Below, in pieces: positions 27,487 to 40,837 of a stretch of DNA of 64,000 nucleotides. The position numbers and the translations under genes were made by a program. The notes beneath the pieces were generated by a model, which was not told the DNA's origin, did not search any database, and saw only the letters and a program-made list of their open reading frames with translations. Location of the stretch: the NCBI RefSeq assembly GCF_006345805.1, contig NC_043000.1, positions 51,274,001 to 51,338,000 on the forward strand, read 5' to 3'. Each line of letters starts with the position of its first letter. Positions within the stretch are counted from its first letter, which is position 1. This stretch comes from Octopus sinensis (lineage: Eukaryota).

Positions 27487-27519
<33 letters not shown>

Positions 27520-27547
27520 GTGTATGTATATATGTATGTCTATATAT

Positions 27548-27583
<36 letters not shown>

Positions 27584-28347
27584 AGTGTGTATATTTATTA
27601 TTTCTAAATTGACAGTCTATTCTGAATGTCATCCCAGCCTTGGTTGTTCATGGTAGTCATGAACAGCCCAGCACAGGGCAAAGCACAGTATAAATTCGAT
27701 ATCTCATTTAATAAGTTGTCTGTCCACTGAGAAAATGCTTACAATATGTTATGTATATACACACACACACACGTACACACAAACACACACATTTTAAGCA
27801 CATGATGACAAGGTTCTGAGTTTGGCATAATATACCAGTGTTATATTATGTCCTTAAGTAAAGCACCTCATTTTATGTTAACAGTCTACTCAGCTGAAAT
27901 AAACTACTGGTGCAGCTGTGTCCCATCAACTTAATATTTTGCTCACTCTTGAGCTAAAACTACTAATGAAAGCATGGATTCAGCTACCAAGTTTTATTGT
28001 GCTATGTCCTGTGAGATAATGAATCTTCATTCATTTTTTGATAGTGACACTTCCAAAATGTATTAAAAAATTCTATTTCAAATGATATTCATATGAAAAT
28101 AGCAAGGAGTATATTAAACATATATAAAAAGAAAATTATTACAAAATGAAAAAGAAAAAAATTATGTACTATTCAAATTGTAAAGGGACTTCTGAATCAC
28201 TCACTGCTTTAAAATCTTACTATTACATGCATGGTATCTGTTTTACAGTTGGTTAGTAGCAGGATAAATTACCAACATATAAAGATATGTTTTGCTACAT
28301 TCCTCAGCAACCAGGATTGTGTTAAAAATTCATTGAAAGCCATAGAT

Positions 28348-28695
28348 GAAGGATTCTCAACCATTTTCTACTTATGGACCCGTTTGACAACTATTTTATT
28401 CTGGTGGAATCTCATAGCCATTCACTGCTTGAAAGCTAGTTTTATTAAAACTTCTTTCAAAATTGCTATTTTGTTTTTCACTCATTAACTTCTATAGGTT
28501 GAGCCATGTAAAATGCTAAAGAAAGAAACCTACCTGTTTCTTGTTATACATACTTTTACATATATCTAAAGCAAAATTTTTCAGGAGCCCTTAAAATACT
28601 ATTGTGGATCCCCAGTTCACTATTTTGTTGTATCAACCCCCAAAAATCCTATATGGACCTTCAGGGGCCATATGGGCAACAATGGAAAACTACCA
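28348..28695. mobile_element. Decayed hAT/Charlie-type MITE
   Basis: Left GAAGGATTCTCAACC, decayed right end, flanks CCATAGAT / CCATAAAT (7/8 match); internal ggacccc-type motifs as in the other MITEs. Confidence 0.5.
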
Positions 28696-29328
28696 CCATA
28701 AATAATATATTTTTTAGAAATATAGTCCATGATGGTTTAAGAATTTTTTAATTGGATTTTGAGTTCCATAAGTCATAAGGACCTTATTTAAGATTTCTAA
28801 ATTGTCTCTTAGACTTATTTTCGTAAATGATGAAATCTTTATGAAATTATTTATTTTTAATCACATGAATATATTTCTTTTCTATTTTTTTATCATGTCA
28901 TTAAATAGAGAATTTCATTTCTAAATTGTAATTTAAATTGTCTACAAAATTTCTGTTTGGAGTCACAAGCTGTAAACTACGCAGATATTCATTTAAATCC
29001 AAATTATTTATTGTATTATGTGGTGGATAGGAATTTTGTGTTTATGTTCAATCTTCTTTACTAAAAAACCAACAAAACAAAAAGCAAGCCAATTAGAACA
29101 ACTTCTTGTAGCTACTTCATAAGTATATCTATATATGTATGTACATTCACAAACATTTATATGTGTCTATATGCGTGCATATATATATTTTCATAAAGCT
29201 TCCCATTATATATACACTCTGAGGTACATAAGGTTTAATGTGTATCATAAATTTTAATAAAAATAATAAAATATAATATATTAATAAAAAGGTGGAAAAT
29301 ACATGCACACAAACACACATCTGTGTGT

Positions 29329-29366
<38 letters not shown>

Positions 29367-30689
29367 GTGTGTGTGTGTGTGTATGTGTGTCTATATATAT
29401 AATATAATATATAGTTTACATTTCTGTTATAAGCAAGATCAACAAAAAAATGTACTCCATCCAGCGAGGGATAAATTTTTAATATATGCAATTTACAAAA
29501 GAGCCATTAAAAGCTTCATGCTTTAGAGACACAATGAATTGGCAGATTTATACAACATGCCATATATTTCCAAGCAGTCTTTCAGGCTCAGTGAATATTG
29601 GTAGATATATTTAAAAACCAGGACACTGGTCTATAAAAGAACATGAAAAAAACCGAGGAGAAAAAATTGCAAAGAAAATCAAAATCTTTGTCCTCCTTGT
29701 CTGTAGAAATCATTATTAATCTAGCTGCTGTAAAATAATATAACAGAAAGAAGGCCAAAGTTTGTGAGATAGCTATTGAGTCCAGTGCAGGTGCTGTCCT
29801 CCTGTTCAACAAAGGAAACTTGTCCATGTGCTTGCATTCGCTTGAAATTTTCGATGTGAAATTAAGTAGTGGTGTAATTCTTGGACCTAAAAAGAATGTG
29901 TGTGCTCTTCCAGCTATACATCACTTGCATCTCTTTTATCCATTTATATATGTTATATAAATCTGTCAATTTATTGTATCGCTAAAGCTTGAAACTGTTA
30001 GTTGCTCTTTTGTAAATTCTGTATATTAACCGATATATATATATTACAGATTTTATGAGTGTATCTTCAACAATAATTATAGTGGTTGCAAGGAACTTTA
30101 ACAAACCATTTCATCAGAGGATAACGTCAATGTATATAAAAAAAATTCAAAATGCTACTCTAATATACCAAACTATCATGTTCAAACAAAATGCAATTAA
30201 TATCAGAAGTGATAAAGTAGTACAAAATTTAGGAGATACTACAGCAAAGTATTATATTTAAAAAAAAAAAAAACAATTTGCAGAGATGAAGAATAAAAAT
30301 CTAAATGGAGTAAAAATAGAGAAATAAGAGTAAAATGAAAATAAAGGAAAAAAGGAAACAAAGATAATAAATGGCAAGGGAAGAAATACATGCTAATGAA
30401 TAATGAATAGGAATTAAGGAAAATAAAGATAGCAGGGCATCAAATAACAGATAGAACAAGACTAATAGCAATGAGCTCAAACAGGGTAACTGAATCAGCT
30501 AGCTGTAGCCAATATAAATTAGTTTTGGCAAACAGGAAGGCTTGAATATGTCACCAGAATATTTAAAATGAGTAACCTTATGATATACATTAAAGATTCA
30601 TACTGTCATACTATACCAAATATGCAGTAACATCAACTTCTGTACATAATAAAAGATTTAATCATAATTACAAAGACATTCCTGCACTA

Positions 30690-31070
30690 CTAATCTATTA
30701 TATAAAATCCATTATGTCTGTCTGTGTGTGTGTGTCTTCTAGGATCTCGAGCATCCTCCATCCGATTGCACTCAAATTTGATATGTACATATCAACGGTA
30801 TCAGGGCATGTATAAGTCTTGAAAAACTTACAAAAATCGATTCCAGGTGAGAATGCGATCGATAAAGCCGTGGGAACGTGCATTTGTATGCGCAAGTACA
30901 TCAGTCAAAATCCGTCTTTTGCCAGTGTCTCAGATTTAGGTTAAATCAGTTTTTCTCAAAGGGGAGGCCTATGGGACAGTCGGACAAGTTGTTTTGGGAA
31001 AATTTGGTTTAAATGTTTGGCAAATCAGCACCGTCCATTGGATGGGGGGCGTTTTGCTCATATTAATATA
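30690..31070 (+). mobile_element. Non-autonomous Helitron-like (Lep1/DINE-1-type) element
   Basis: 5' ctactaatctattatataaaatcc, (gtct)(gt)n microsatellite, then the core atctcgag...ccgattgcactcaaatttgatatg typical of such elements. A subterminal palindrome ccgtccattggatgg is present, and the element is CpG-rich relative to its flanks. Confidence 0.5.
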
Positions 31071-31144
31071 AATACATTATTCTACAGAATAAAAAAAATG
31101 ACAACAACAAATGCAATAATAATAATAATAATAATAATAATGAT

Positions 31145-32703
31145 AAAGGTACAAAAGACCAAGTATCAATAAACAAAATGGTAATGCAAGATTTTAAGTA
31201 AAGGAGGACAAATTTGGGAATGACCTGGATTGATTACCACAAAGCTTATGATATGATTCCACTTTCACAGATCATTGAGTGATTAGATATATTTAGGATT
31301 GCAAGGTGTGTAACATGTTTTCTGAAGAGATGTATTGAGGGTTGGAAGACCAAGTTGACCTTGTATAGATAATACTTGGGCATGCTGGGCATCAAGAGAG
31401 GGATTTACCAAAGAGATTGCTTATCTCTGTTGCTTTTTGTACTTGGTGCTGAGGAAAGGGAACTTGAGACCTAAGTTCAAAGGAAAAACACAAGGAATCA
31501 ACCATCTTCTCATCATGAATGTTTTCAAGCTGTATGGTGCATGAGGTACATGTGAACCCCTTGGTGAACACTGTCCATTGTTTTAGTACTGACTTTAAGA
31601 TCGAATTCAGACTCAAGAATTGTGATGTAATGAGTGAAAAGAGGTAAGGTATGTCTCAGGCAGGGATAGAATTACCAAATAGGAAGTAATGAAACAAATT
31701 GAAATGGAAGGTGATAAGTATTTTGGCATGCTAGAGTTCAATGAAATCATGGAGGATGAAATGAAAGAACAGCTGAGGAAAGAATATTTTGAAAGACTAA
31801 GATTGGTATTGTGCTCAAAATTGACTTGATGGAATAAATTCCAAGCAGTAATTATGCACTTAGGTATCAAGATGGAATCATAAACTGACAAAAGAATGAA
31901 CTTATGAGTATGAATATGAAGACATGGAAATTATTGATGTTGCTTGGAGCATTACATCTCAAGAATGATGCTGATTAGTTATACTTGTCCAGAAGAAAGG
32001 ATGGGAGAGGTTTGATTAGTTGCCAGGATTGTTTTGAATCAGAGAAAAACAATTTAGTGTGGTATGTAAAAATGCCATGGAACCATTGTTGACGCATGTG
32101 AAGAAGTGCAGCATAATCAAAAGTGACTATTGCGTTAAGAAAGAAAACTTTAAAGAGGGAAAAGAGCACAAAAAATGTGGTATGGAAAGGAAAGAAAGCC
32201 TACAGTCAGTTTGAAAGAGACGAGTGCAAAAATATATGCAGAAGGCCAATGGTTATGGATGCAGAGGACTGACTTGAAGATAGAAAGAGAAGCACTTTTG
32301 TGTGGTGCAACACAGGAACAAGCATTGAGGACAGACTATGTGAAGTACAAAATTGATAAAACAACTGAGACTGACAAATGCAGAATGTTTGGTGAGTGAG
32401 ATGGACCAATGTTGCTCACTGTTTGTGAATGATTAAAATTAGTGAAGTGTGAAAAAAAAAGGTGACATTTTTGTGTTGAGCAGAAAAGAGAAAAACGTAT
32501 CTGATAATTAACATAGCTCATCTAGGTATCAACAGGATTGAAGAGAGAGAAGAAATGTAAACATCTATGATGAATTAAAATGTGAAATATGTAGGTTGTG
32601 GGTAATTAAGAAAGTGGGCATGACACCAGTAGTGATAGGTGCACTTGGTAGTATCCATATATTTGTATTACAGTGTCACTTTGATGACTCTGCTCTCTCA
32701 CTC
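31145..32703 (+). mobile_element. 5'-truncated R4/Dong-clade non-LTR retrotransposon (RT plus restriction-like endonuclease), decayed
   Basis: Peptides in order: KGTKDQ..NLGMTWIDYHKAYDMIP, RGIYQRDCLSLLLF, INHLLIMNVFKLYG, LYLSRRKDGRGLIS, ATQEQALRTDYVKYKIDKT..DKCRM, and ELKCEI..TPVVIGALG. Stops and frameshifts present; (AAT)n on both flanks. Confidence 0.88.
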
Positions 32704-32740
<37 letters not shown>

Positions 32741-32759
32741 GTAATAAGAGGAGGAGGAG

Positions 32760-32945
32760 GTTTTAAAATTTGACACAATGCCAACAAATTTAAAGTTGGG
32801 AGTAAGTCAATGACAGTGGTCCTAATGCTCAACTAGTACTTATTTTATTGATCCCAAACTTTTGTAGAAATTTAACTCAGAGTAAAGCTGGAAGAACTAA
32901 TGCTAAGAATCTTATCTAACATGCAAAATTTCTACCAGCCCACCA
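32760..32945 (-). mobile_element. Family-B SINE, diverged
   Basis: ctagtacttattttattgatccc...gaaatttaactcagag matches the reverse complement of family B. Confidence 0.6.
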
Positions 32946-32976
32946 CTTTTTCAATAATGATAATAATAACATAGTA

Positions 32977-33042
<66 letters not shown>

Positions 33043-33539
33043 AAAACCATCATTTAAGACAGCATAAAATAATTATATCAATAATACAAAAAGTGCAAAT
33101 TTTAAAAAAATGATAGAAAATAAAACAATAAAAAGATAAAGGTGTTTGATATGGTAAATTAAAGCAACAGCTATGTAGATAAAATAGTTAATGCAATGAT
33201 AAACCATTTAATCTATAGTTATAGCAATAATAAAATTTTCAATTAAGGTGACAGAGTTACAGGATGAATAAGCCATATAAGTAATAGTACTTAAGTATTT
33301 ATCCTATGCATGCTTCATTTGATACTAACTATTCTACTTGGGATAATTGCAACTAGAATGAAATATGGATGAACAGAAGGATAACAGGCATAAATTATTG
33401 AAAGCTCATAAACTTCCTAAAATTTATATTGCTCTTACATGGATTACATACACCAGCATATGTTTAAACTATTACTGATTAATTGATAAGTATTAACTCT
33501 GCACAGTATAGTTACTAAATAACCACTTTATTCTATATC

Positions 33540-33860
33540 TATATCTGCAATTAATAACGAGTTCATGCTTGTGATTGAGTAGGTATCGATTATCAGCCAC
33601 AAGATTTGAAAGTTTCTCAGGTGAACATACTCAATGCTTCTGACATACCACTTTTGTTAATGTTTGGCAGAATCAACAACAAATTAATGCATTTTAAACT
33701 TAAGTCCTTTAGATTTTAAACTGAAAATATATTCTGATGAAGAGGTAGAAAAACTGTTTTATATTAATAAAGCTGTGATTGTGCATTGAAGTGTACTGCA
33801 TTTTGTATACACAATTCCCATCCAAAGGACACTCATTCTGAAGTTACAACTGAGAGTATT
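33540..33860 (-). mobile_element. Penelope-like element remnant (GIY-YIG endonuclease region)
   Basis: Minus-strand fragments CNFR..ECPLDGNCVYK and LLNHKHELVINCRY resemble the CNCR..CPLDGxC and LLNKRSELxxKCRH motifs of Neptune-type Penelope ORFs. Confidence 0.55.
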
Positions 33861-34749
33861 ACTATTTAGAAGATGCAGTCCACCATCTTTTATATGAGAA
33901 TGCCTGTTGAAGTTCAATACATTATCAGGATTATATTGTTCATACCTTGCGACATTGGTGGTGGATAGGCAGTGTCCTAAGATCCCAGGGCTACTTGCAA
34001 CACATATCTCTACAGATTTAAGACTCTCAGATAGAGTAGGGAGGTTATAAGATGTATATTTAAATTTATAATACCTAATTTTCCACTCTTCTTGAATTTA
34101 AACTTTGATCTTAATTGCGAACAGTTGTTCAGTCTGTTTAATTTGGCTCTATTTGAGTTTCTTATACTCACCACAAGAAAAGAAACTGTGGAATATAAAC
34201 ATTAACTGTGTTTTTTTTATCAAACTAACAGTATCTGTGCTGTGGGAGAAACTTCCTACTAAGTAATTTTGAAGAAGCCTTCAGTATAAAGTTTACACCT
34301 GTTTAAGAAAGTGAATTAGACCAGGCAGTCTCCCACCACTTATTTGTTTTATTATCTATCTTAAAATCCCTACTGTATGGATTAGATTTATTACCACATT
34401 CTAAGTAGACTAAATCAGAAGATGAATGATCTAGTGCTGTCAAAAGTGACTCATCCTCATGTAACCTACTATCTAATTTTGGAAAATATTATTTCCATCA
34501 TATAAAAGACAAAAACCAACAAAATCTATCACATGCACAGAGTACAATTACTCCATAGTTTTGTGCATCTGTAATATGTGTGCTCTCTTTTACTATGTTA
34601 CTGACTGAATCCAAGCTAACATCACTTTATACCATGTATTTAATAATGTAAGAGATGATAAGGTTTGAATAGTGAACCCTAATTCATATGCTAACATATG
34701 CCTTTTAATACATCACTAAGTGTATGCCCAAGCATATTTATACAAAATG

Positions 34750-34751
34750 TT

Positions 34752-34829
<78 letters not shown>

Positions 34830-34837
34830 TACATACA

Positions 34838-34866
<29 letters not shown>
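34750..34866. repeat. Compound (TG)-(TA)-(GATA)-(CATA) microsatellite
   Basis: Directly visible. Confidence 0.95.
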
Positions 34867-34868
<2 letters not shown>

Positions 34869-35977
34869 GACTGATAAAAAGACAAAAGATGGACACACAA
34901 TATCAGATTGTACTATATAATTTATATGAGATATAGCATATACATATTCATTTGACAGGAGGAAGCCAAATCTTCACAGCTGTTTCAGAAATTTGGTGAC
35001 TGGTTGCTGCTTTAATGTATTTTGTAAAAGCAAGCACAATAATTATGCATCACAAATAAACAAAAATATCAACTTGTATGAAGCATGACACATTAAAATC
35101 TTCAAGTTGGTAAAACGGAAAAGTTTTGTTGTGAAAATAAGTGACAGTTGTGAATGCAATGATAGTAAGCCACATGTTTAAGATAATACAGAGGCATCAA
35201 TAAAAACTTGGAGAAATAGGGAGATAAATATTAATGGAGAAATGAACATAGGGAAGAAAGGAAAAAACTGGAATAAAAAATGTTAGTAAAAAGTGAGGAA
35301 GGTCGGGTTAAGAAGAGAGGGTTATAAAAAAAAGAGGAGAAAGAATGCAAAAATGAAAGGGCCACTTTGTTGGTTTGAGAAGCTTGAATATCAAGGAGAG
35401 GTTGTAAATATAAGTTGGGAAACATGGAGTAGAAAGGAGAGATCAAAGTGAATCAATTAAAAAGCAGATAATGGTAAACGAAATAGTCTTCTACTGTGGA
35501 AGCAGTATTTTGGAAACCTGCATAAGTGTCCAAATGTATAGATAAGAATGGGCTGGTAGAAAATATTTAGGAAATAAAAAACAAATGAAAATGAAAATAT
35601 ATAAGAGTGAACCATAATAAAAAAGAAAAAATCTGTTATATAATTGAAATAAAGTATGGAAGACTTTAAAGTTTATTTGAATTAAGATCTGTCATAATTC
35701 TAACTAGGCAATTATAATAATATTAATATATTGTTAAGCAACAGCAATTGTTCTAGGTATAATAGTAATTTTATCATCAGCAGTAATAATAAATATGATA
35801 ATGATGGCAGTAGTGGTTGAATAATACTATCAATAATGAAGACATCATCAATTGCAACAAAGATCCATGAAATAACCATACTAGAGCTAAAGTTAAAAAT
35901 AATAGTAAAAATCATTCCAATATCAGTGACAGTGTTAATAATAATAATAATAATAATAATCATAATAATAATAATAA

Positions 35978-36190
35978 TCCTTTCTACTAAAGGCACAAGT
36001 TCTGACGTTTTATGGGAGGGGACTAATCGATTAAATTGACCCCAGTGTTTCACTTGTACTAAATTTGTCAGCCCCAAAAGGACAAAAAGCAAAGTTGACT
36101 TCAGTGTAATGTGAACTCAGAATGTAGCAACAAGCAAAATACCACTAAGCAATTTGTCCAGTGTGCTAACAATTCAGTCAACTCACTGCC
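35978..36190 (-). mobile_element. Family-B SINE with (ATT)n tail
   Basis: ttgaccccagtgtttcacttgtac...gcaaagttgacttcag...gaactcagaatgta; the trinucleotide tail lies at 35938-35978. Confidence 0.75.
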
Positions 36191-36314
36191 TTAATAATAA
36201 TAATAATAATAATAATGATGATGATGATGATATTATAGTTATTATTATCATCATCATCATCATTATTATTATTATTATCATTATTATTATTATTATTAAC
36301 AAAAGATGAAATAT

Positions 36315-36520
36315 TGGTTTCAAATTTTGGCACATGGCTAGCTATTTTGAGGGAGGGGTATGTCGACTGCATTGATCCCAATGCTCCACTGGTACTCATT
36401 TCATCAACTCTGATGACAAAGTTAGCCTCTGTGAAATTTTTTAACTCAGAAAGTAAAAATGAGTAAAATACCATTATGCTTATCGTCTGGCATGTTAACA
36501 ATTGTGCCAGCTCACTGCTT
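36315..36520 (-). mobile_element. Family-B SINE
   Basis: gtcgactgcattgatcccaatgctccactggtactcattt...ttaactcagaa; head-to-tail with the previous copy across a trinucleotide tract. Confidence 0.7.
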
Positions 36521-36596
36521 TAACAATAGATGTAATAATAATACCATTAATTATAGTAATGGGAAATAGAACAACAGTAAGTGTATTAATGGAAAT

Positions 36597-36753
36597 CATC
36601 ATCATCATCATTTAACTTCTGCTTTTCATGCTAGCATGGGTTGGACGATTTGACTGAGGACTGGTGAAGCAGATGGCTGCACCAGACTCCAATCTGATCT
36701 GGCAGAGTTTCTACAGCTGGATGCTCTTCCTAACACCGACCACCCCGAGAGTG
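36597..36753 (-). mobile_element. Interspersed repeat family C with (ATG)n tail (likely retroposon), truncated
   Basis: catcatcatcatttaac...catgctagcatgggttggacg...ctccaatctgatctggcagagtttctacagctggatgctcttcctaacacc; second copy at 38575-38850. Confidence 0.7.
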
Positions 36754-38235
36754 GTTAACTTAAAATATAAGAAGAAATTTAATTGTTGAATACCCAATAA
36801 TTGCCCTTGGAAAGGTCATTTCTTGTGATACAATGTTTATAATGCAGTGTTTACACTAGACACCAAAATTTGACTAAAGTATAAGTAGGGTCCTCCACTG
36901 GTTTGTAAGAGATGCTACTTGGCACATGTCAGTATCTTTCTTTAATATTAAGTGCAAATTTTCTAGTTTGCTGGCAAAGTATATCCATCAACTCAGAGCT
37001 AATAGCATTTTACTATAACATCCTTTGGTTTGTAATTAGGTCTGGAAGATTTTACCAGGGCAGTCACACTGCATGAAATTCATACTTGAGATATTCCACA
37101 AGAATAACCAGTGTGACACAATAGCATGATGTGTGCAGTTTTCAAAACGTTTTCCTTATTCTGATCAACATAGATACCTATAAACCTGTGTTCTGATCTG
37201 ACATTTGCATCTTTGCTTATATGCATTTCACCTTCATCTGTTTACATCTATTTATTTGGCCTAGTTAGAATTATGATGTATCTTAATTTGAATAGAACTC
37301 TATAGAACTTTCATATGTTTTCAGTTATGTAATAGTTTTTTTCTTTTATTATCGGCCATTCTTATGTATTATCATCTTTGTTTTTTATTTCTGTAAATTT
37401 TTAAGCAGCTCCATTCTTACCTTCATGCTTGGACACTTCTTCTAAATCAGGTTACCATAAAATTGCATTGCTTCTTCTACCCAGCAGAAGGCTATTTCAT
37501 TTACCATTATCTCCTTTTTTAATTGATTCTTTTTGATCTGCCATGTCTACTCTACATTCCTCAACTTAGATTTATAACTTTTCCTTGTCACTCAAGCTTC
37601 TCAAACCAACAAAATGGCCCTTTTATTTGTTTTACAATTTTTACTTGCTTCTTTCCTTTCCTTTTTCTATACCCCCCTCTGTCACTGAACCCCTTTCCCA
37701 CTTTTTACTAGCATATTTGTGCTCTTGTTCTTTACTCCCTTTTTCTCATATTCACCACTCCACTAATATTTATTTCCCTCTTCCTTCAAGTTTTTGTTAA
37801 TATGCTTGTGTTTTACCTGAAGTATATCATTTACTATTATTGCATTTCTATTTGCCACATCTTTGCAACAAAAATGTTTGGCATTTCCATTTCTCACAAT
37901 TTATATGAGTTGGTAATATTTTCTTTTATTTACTGAAGATAATTATTGTCTCAGTATGTTTACTTGTTTGCATCAACCAGTCATTGAAAGTTTGAAACAG
38001 CTGTAAAGATTTATCATCATGTAATACGAAAATGTATGCGTAAAAGTTTATAAAAATTAATAATTGTTCAATTATCTTTCATCTCTATTTGCCCAAGCTG
38101 TGTATTTCTCATAGCCAACTTTTCTTCACCTGGATTATTTTCTCCTGATTAGGAAATTGCAATTGAAGAATCCAACAAGTCCAAGCATTAATTTGGTGTT
38201 TGTCTATCCTAAGCTCATACTAGTGCTTTAACAAC

Positions 38236-38272
<37 letters not shown>

Positions 38273-38279
38273 CATATTT

Positions 38280-38480
38280 ATTTCTTTATTGCCCACAGGG
38301 GAGGGGCTAAACATAGAGTGGACAAACAAAGGGGTTAAGTCGATTAAATTGACCCCAATGCATAACTGGTACTTAGTTAATCGACCCTGAAAGGATGAAA
38401 GGCAAAGTCGACCTCAGCGGAGTTTGAACTCAGAATGTAACAGCAGATGAAATATCACTAAGCATTTCACCCGGCATGCT
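38280..38480 (-). mobile_element. Family-B SINE, relatively well preserved
   Basis: ttaagtcgattaaattgacccc...actggtacttag...tcgaccctgaaaggatgaaaggcaaagtcgacctcagcggagtttgaactcagaa. Confidence 0.85.
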
Positions 38481-38574
38481 AGGAAGACGTCTTGCTGTTG
38501 AAATATTCTTGGGGGAAATTTTTTTCCATAGGTAATCAGTATGAAAACACAATGCACTATCAGGTATAGGGTTT

Positions 38575-38850
38575 GTGTATGCTGGCATGGGTTGGATGGT
38601 TTGACTGGTTACTGGCAAGCCAGGAGGCAGCACCAGGCTCCAATCTGATCTGGCAATGTTTCCACAGCTGGATGCTCTTCTTAATGCCAATGATTCCAAG
38701 AGTGTAGTGGGTGCTTTTTACATGCCACCAGCATGGGAGCCAGTCAGGCAGCACTGGCAACGACCCATGCATGAATGGTGCTTATTGCGTGCCACCAGCG
38801 TGGGGGCCAGTCAGGTGGCACTGGCATCAACCGCAACTAAAATTTCCATT
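38575..38850 (-). mobile_element. Interspersed repeat family C
   Basis: catgggttgga...caccaggctccaatctgatctggcaatgtttccacagctggatgctcttcttaatgccaa; homologous to 36597-36753. Confidence 0.7.
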
Positions 38851-38865
38851 TGATTGTGATTTGAT

Positions 38866-39012
38866 GGCATGGCTGTGTGGTTAGGGAGCTTGCTTCCTAG
38901 CTACATTGTTTCGGGTTCAGTCCCACTGCATGGCACTTTGAGTAGGTGTCTTCCACTATAGCCCCGAGCTGACCGGAGCTTTGTGATTGAATTCGGTAGG
39001 TGGAAATTACTG
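38866..39012 (+). mobile_element. Family-A SINE 5' half followed by a long microsatellite
   Basis: ggcatggctgtgtggttag...ggttcagtcccactgcatggcac...gtgtcttccactatagccccgagctgacc. Confidence 0.8.
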
Positions 39013-39136
39013 CCATGTGTGTATGTGTGCGTACAGCTGCTCAGTGCCTCTCCGAAAGAGAGAGAGGGATATATATATGTGTGTGTGTGTGTGTACATAT
39101 ATATGTGTGTGTATTTTTGTACATATACATACACAT

Positions 39137-39203
<67 letters not shown>

Positions 39204-40372
39204 ATATATAAATGGATTTATATGTATATATTTGTATGTTATATATATATATATAGAGATTTCAATGAAATTCTTTTCATCATTCTATTTAGCTACTACT
39301 AATGAATAAAATTTAAAGTTATTGATCTAGTAATAAAAAAGATGTTCCATAATATATTTGTAGAATCTTACTGACCAGAGAAGACAAGCAAATTGTAAAT
39401 AAGTTAGCATAGACACAACAAAAGTATCTTTTGTTTATTTTACTCATTTTTGGATAAAATATATTTCCAATATATTACTTTGAACATATTATCAATATTA
39501 CTTTTGTAACCTATTTTGGTTTTGATCAGTGGCTAAATTCAAAGAGATAACCTCAAACAGTACAAACTATCTTTTATTTGTAGTAGTCTCTCCATTATTT
39601 TATAGGTTTGAAGTTCCTGCCCATTTGAAGACTGATTGATTTTAATTAGTCTTCTAAAGATGAAAGTAACATGGATAGTTTTCACACTATTTCAGTAATC
39701 TTGTTAATGGCATCAAATGAAATGATGCTGGGTACATGGAAGTATGTGTTTTTTTTTTTTTTTGTGTCTGTCTGTGCATGAGCAAATCTGTTTGTGTTGA
39801 TATTTGTGTGTGTGTTTGTATATATATATAAAATATGTTTCTGATCTATTACTAGTATTACTCCAGCTTCTTTCTACAAGTATTTTCTGCTTATGAATAA
39901 AACTGATTTTATTGCCCTCAACAATATTTGTAAAGAACTGCTCCTTGTAAAAAATATTTCTAATTAATGATTTTGTTTCCTGTCACATTGTTATTGTGCA
40001 GAATGCATCAAATCTTAATATGCTTTAGATTTATTCATTTAATAGTACTCAATTAAAATATTTGTGATTTCAGTTTTGCATTATTTTCTCAGTTTTACTG
40101 CTAAGAATGTGAACTAGGAAAGAGAATGTGAACTAGGAAAGAAATTCTTTTGTTGAAACAGGATAAACACAGTTATATCTGCTAAGAACTGTCTCGCAGA
40201 TTTGTTGTAACAATTTCCAATATTACTGTAAAAAATATAAATTCAAATACATACATATTATGCAATTGCCTGTGTGTGTATATATGTGTATTTTTGTGTG
40301 TATGTGTGTACATCTATGCATGTAAATGTATAGGTGTGATTGTGCACATATGTATGTATGTATACATATGTC

Positions 40373-40803
40373 TATATATATATATATATATATTAACATA
40401 TATATACATGCACATACATATACATGTATGGATACATGCACTCTTATAACCTTTATATAAAATGTTTATTTGGGCATGACTAAAACCCCAACATGAAGAA
40501 AGAAATTAATTTATATCTGCACTTGTTTCTCACAGATTCTTATTTACAGAGGTCATCAGTCAGTCAGACAGCTGGTCGTGAAATAATGGTTCATGAAGGC
40601 AAGATGTTTATTCGTAGCTGTCAATCTTTCTCGATTCTGTGATGCTCTTCTATCTCTTTTGACTCCATAGGCAAGATCATTATACCATTGTGATATATAA
40701 AGCAGTGCATCCAATATTTATTTGTATGTTTTACTAGGCTATTTTAAATTCCATATGCAACTGTTTGTGTGTGTGTATATATATATATCTATATATATAT
40801 ATC

Positions 40804-40837
<34 letters not shown>

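Noticed and set aside
29750-29900. Peptide CEIAIESSAGAVLLFNKGN resembling a DNA-transposase C-terminus
   Set aside because: Too short and vague; no TIRs found.
36405-36445. CTGATGA...GAAA hammerhead-like string
   Set aside because: Arises from mutations within a family-B SINE; no stem I or III.
40104-40141. 19-bp direct repeat x2 (agaatgtgaactaggaaag)
   Set aside because: Simple local slippage duplication, not a CRISPR or regulatory array.
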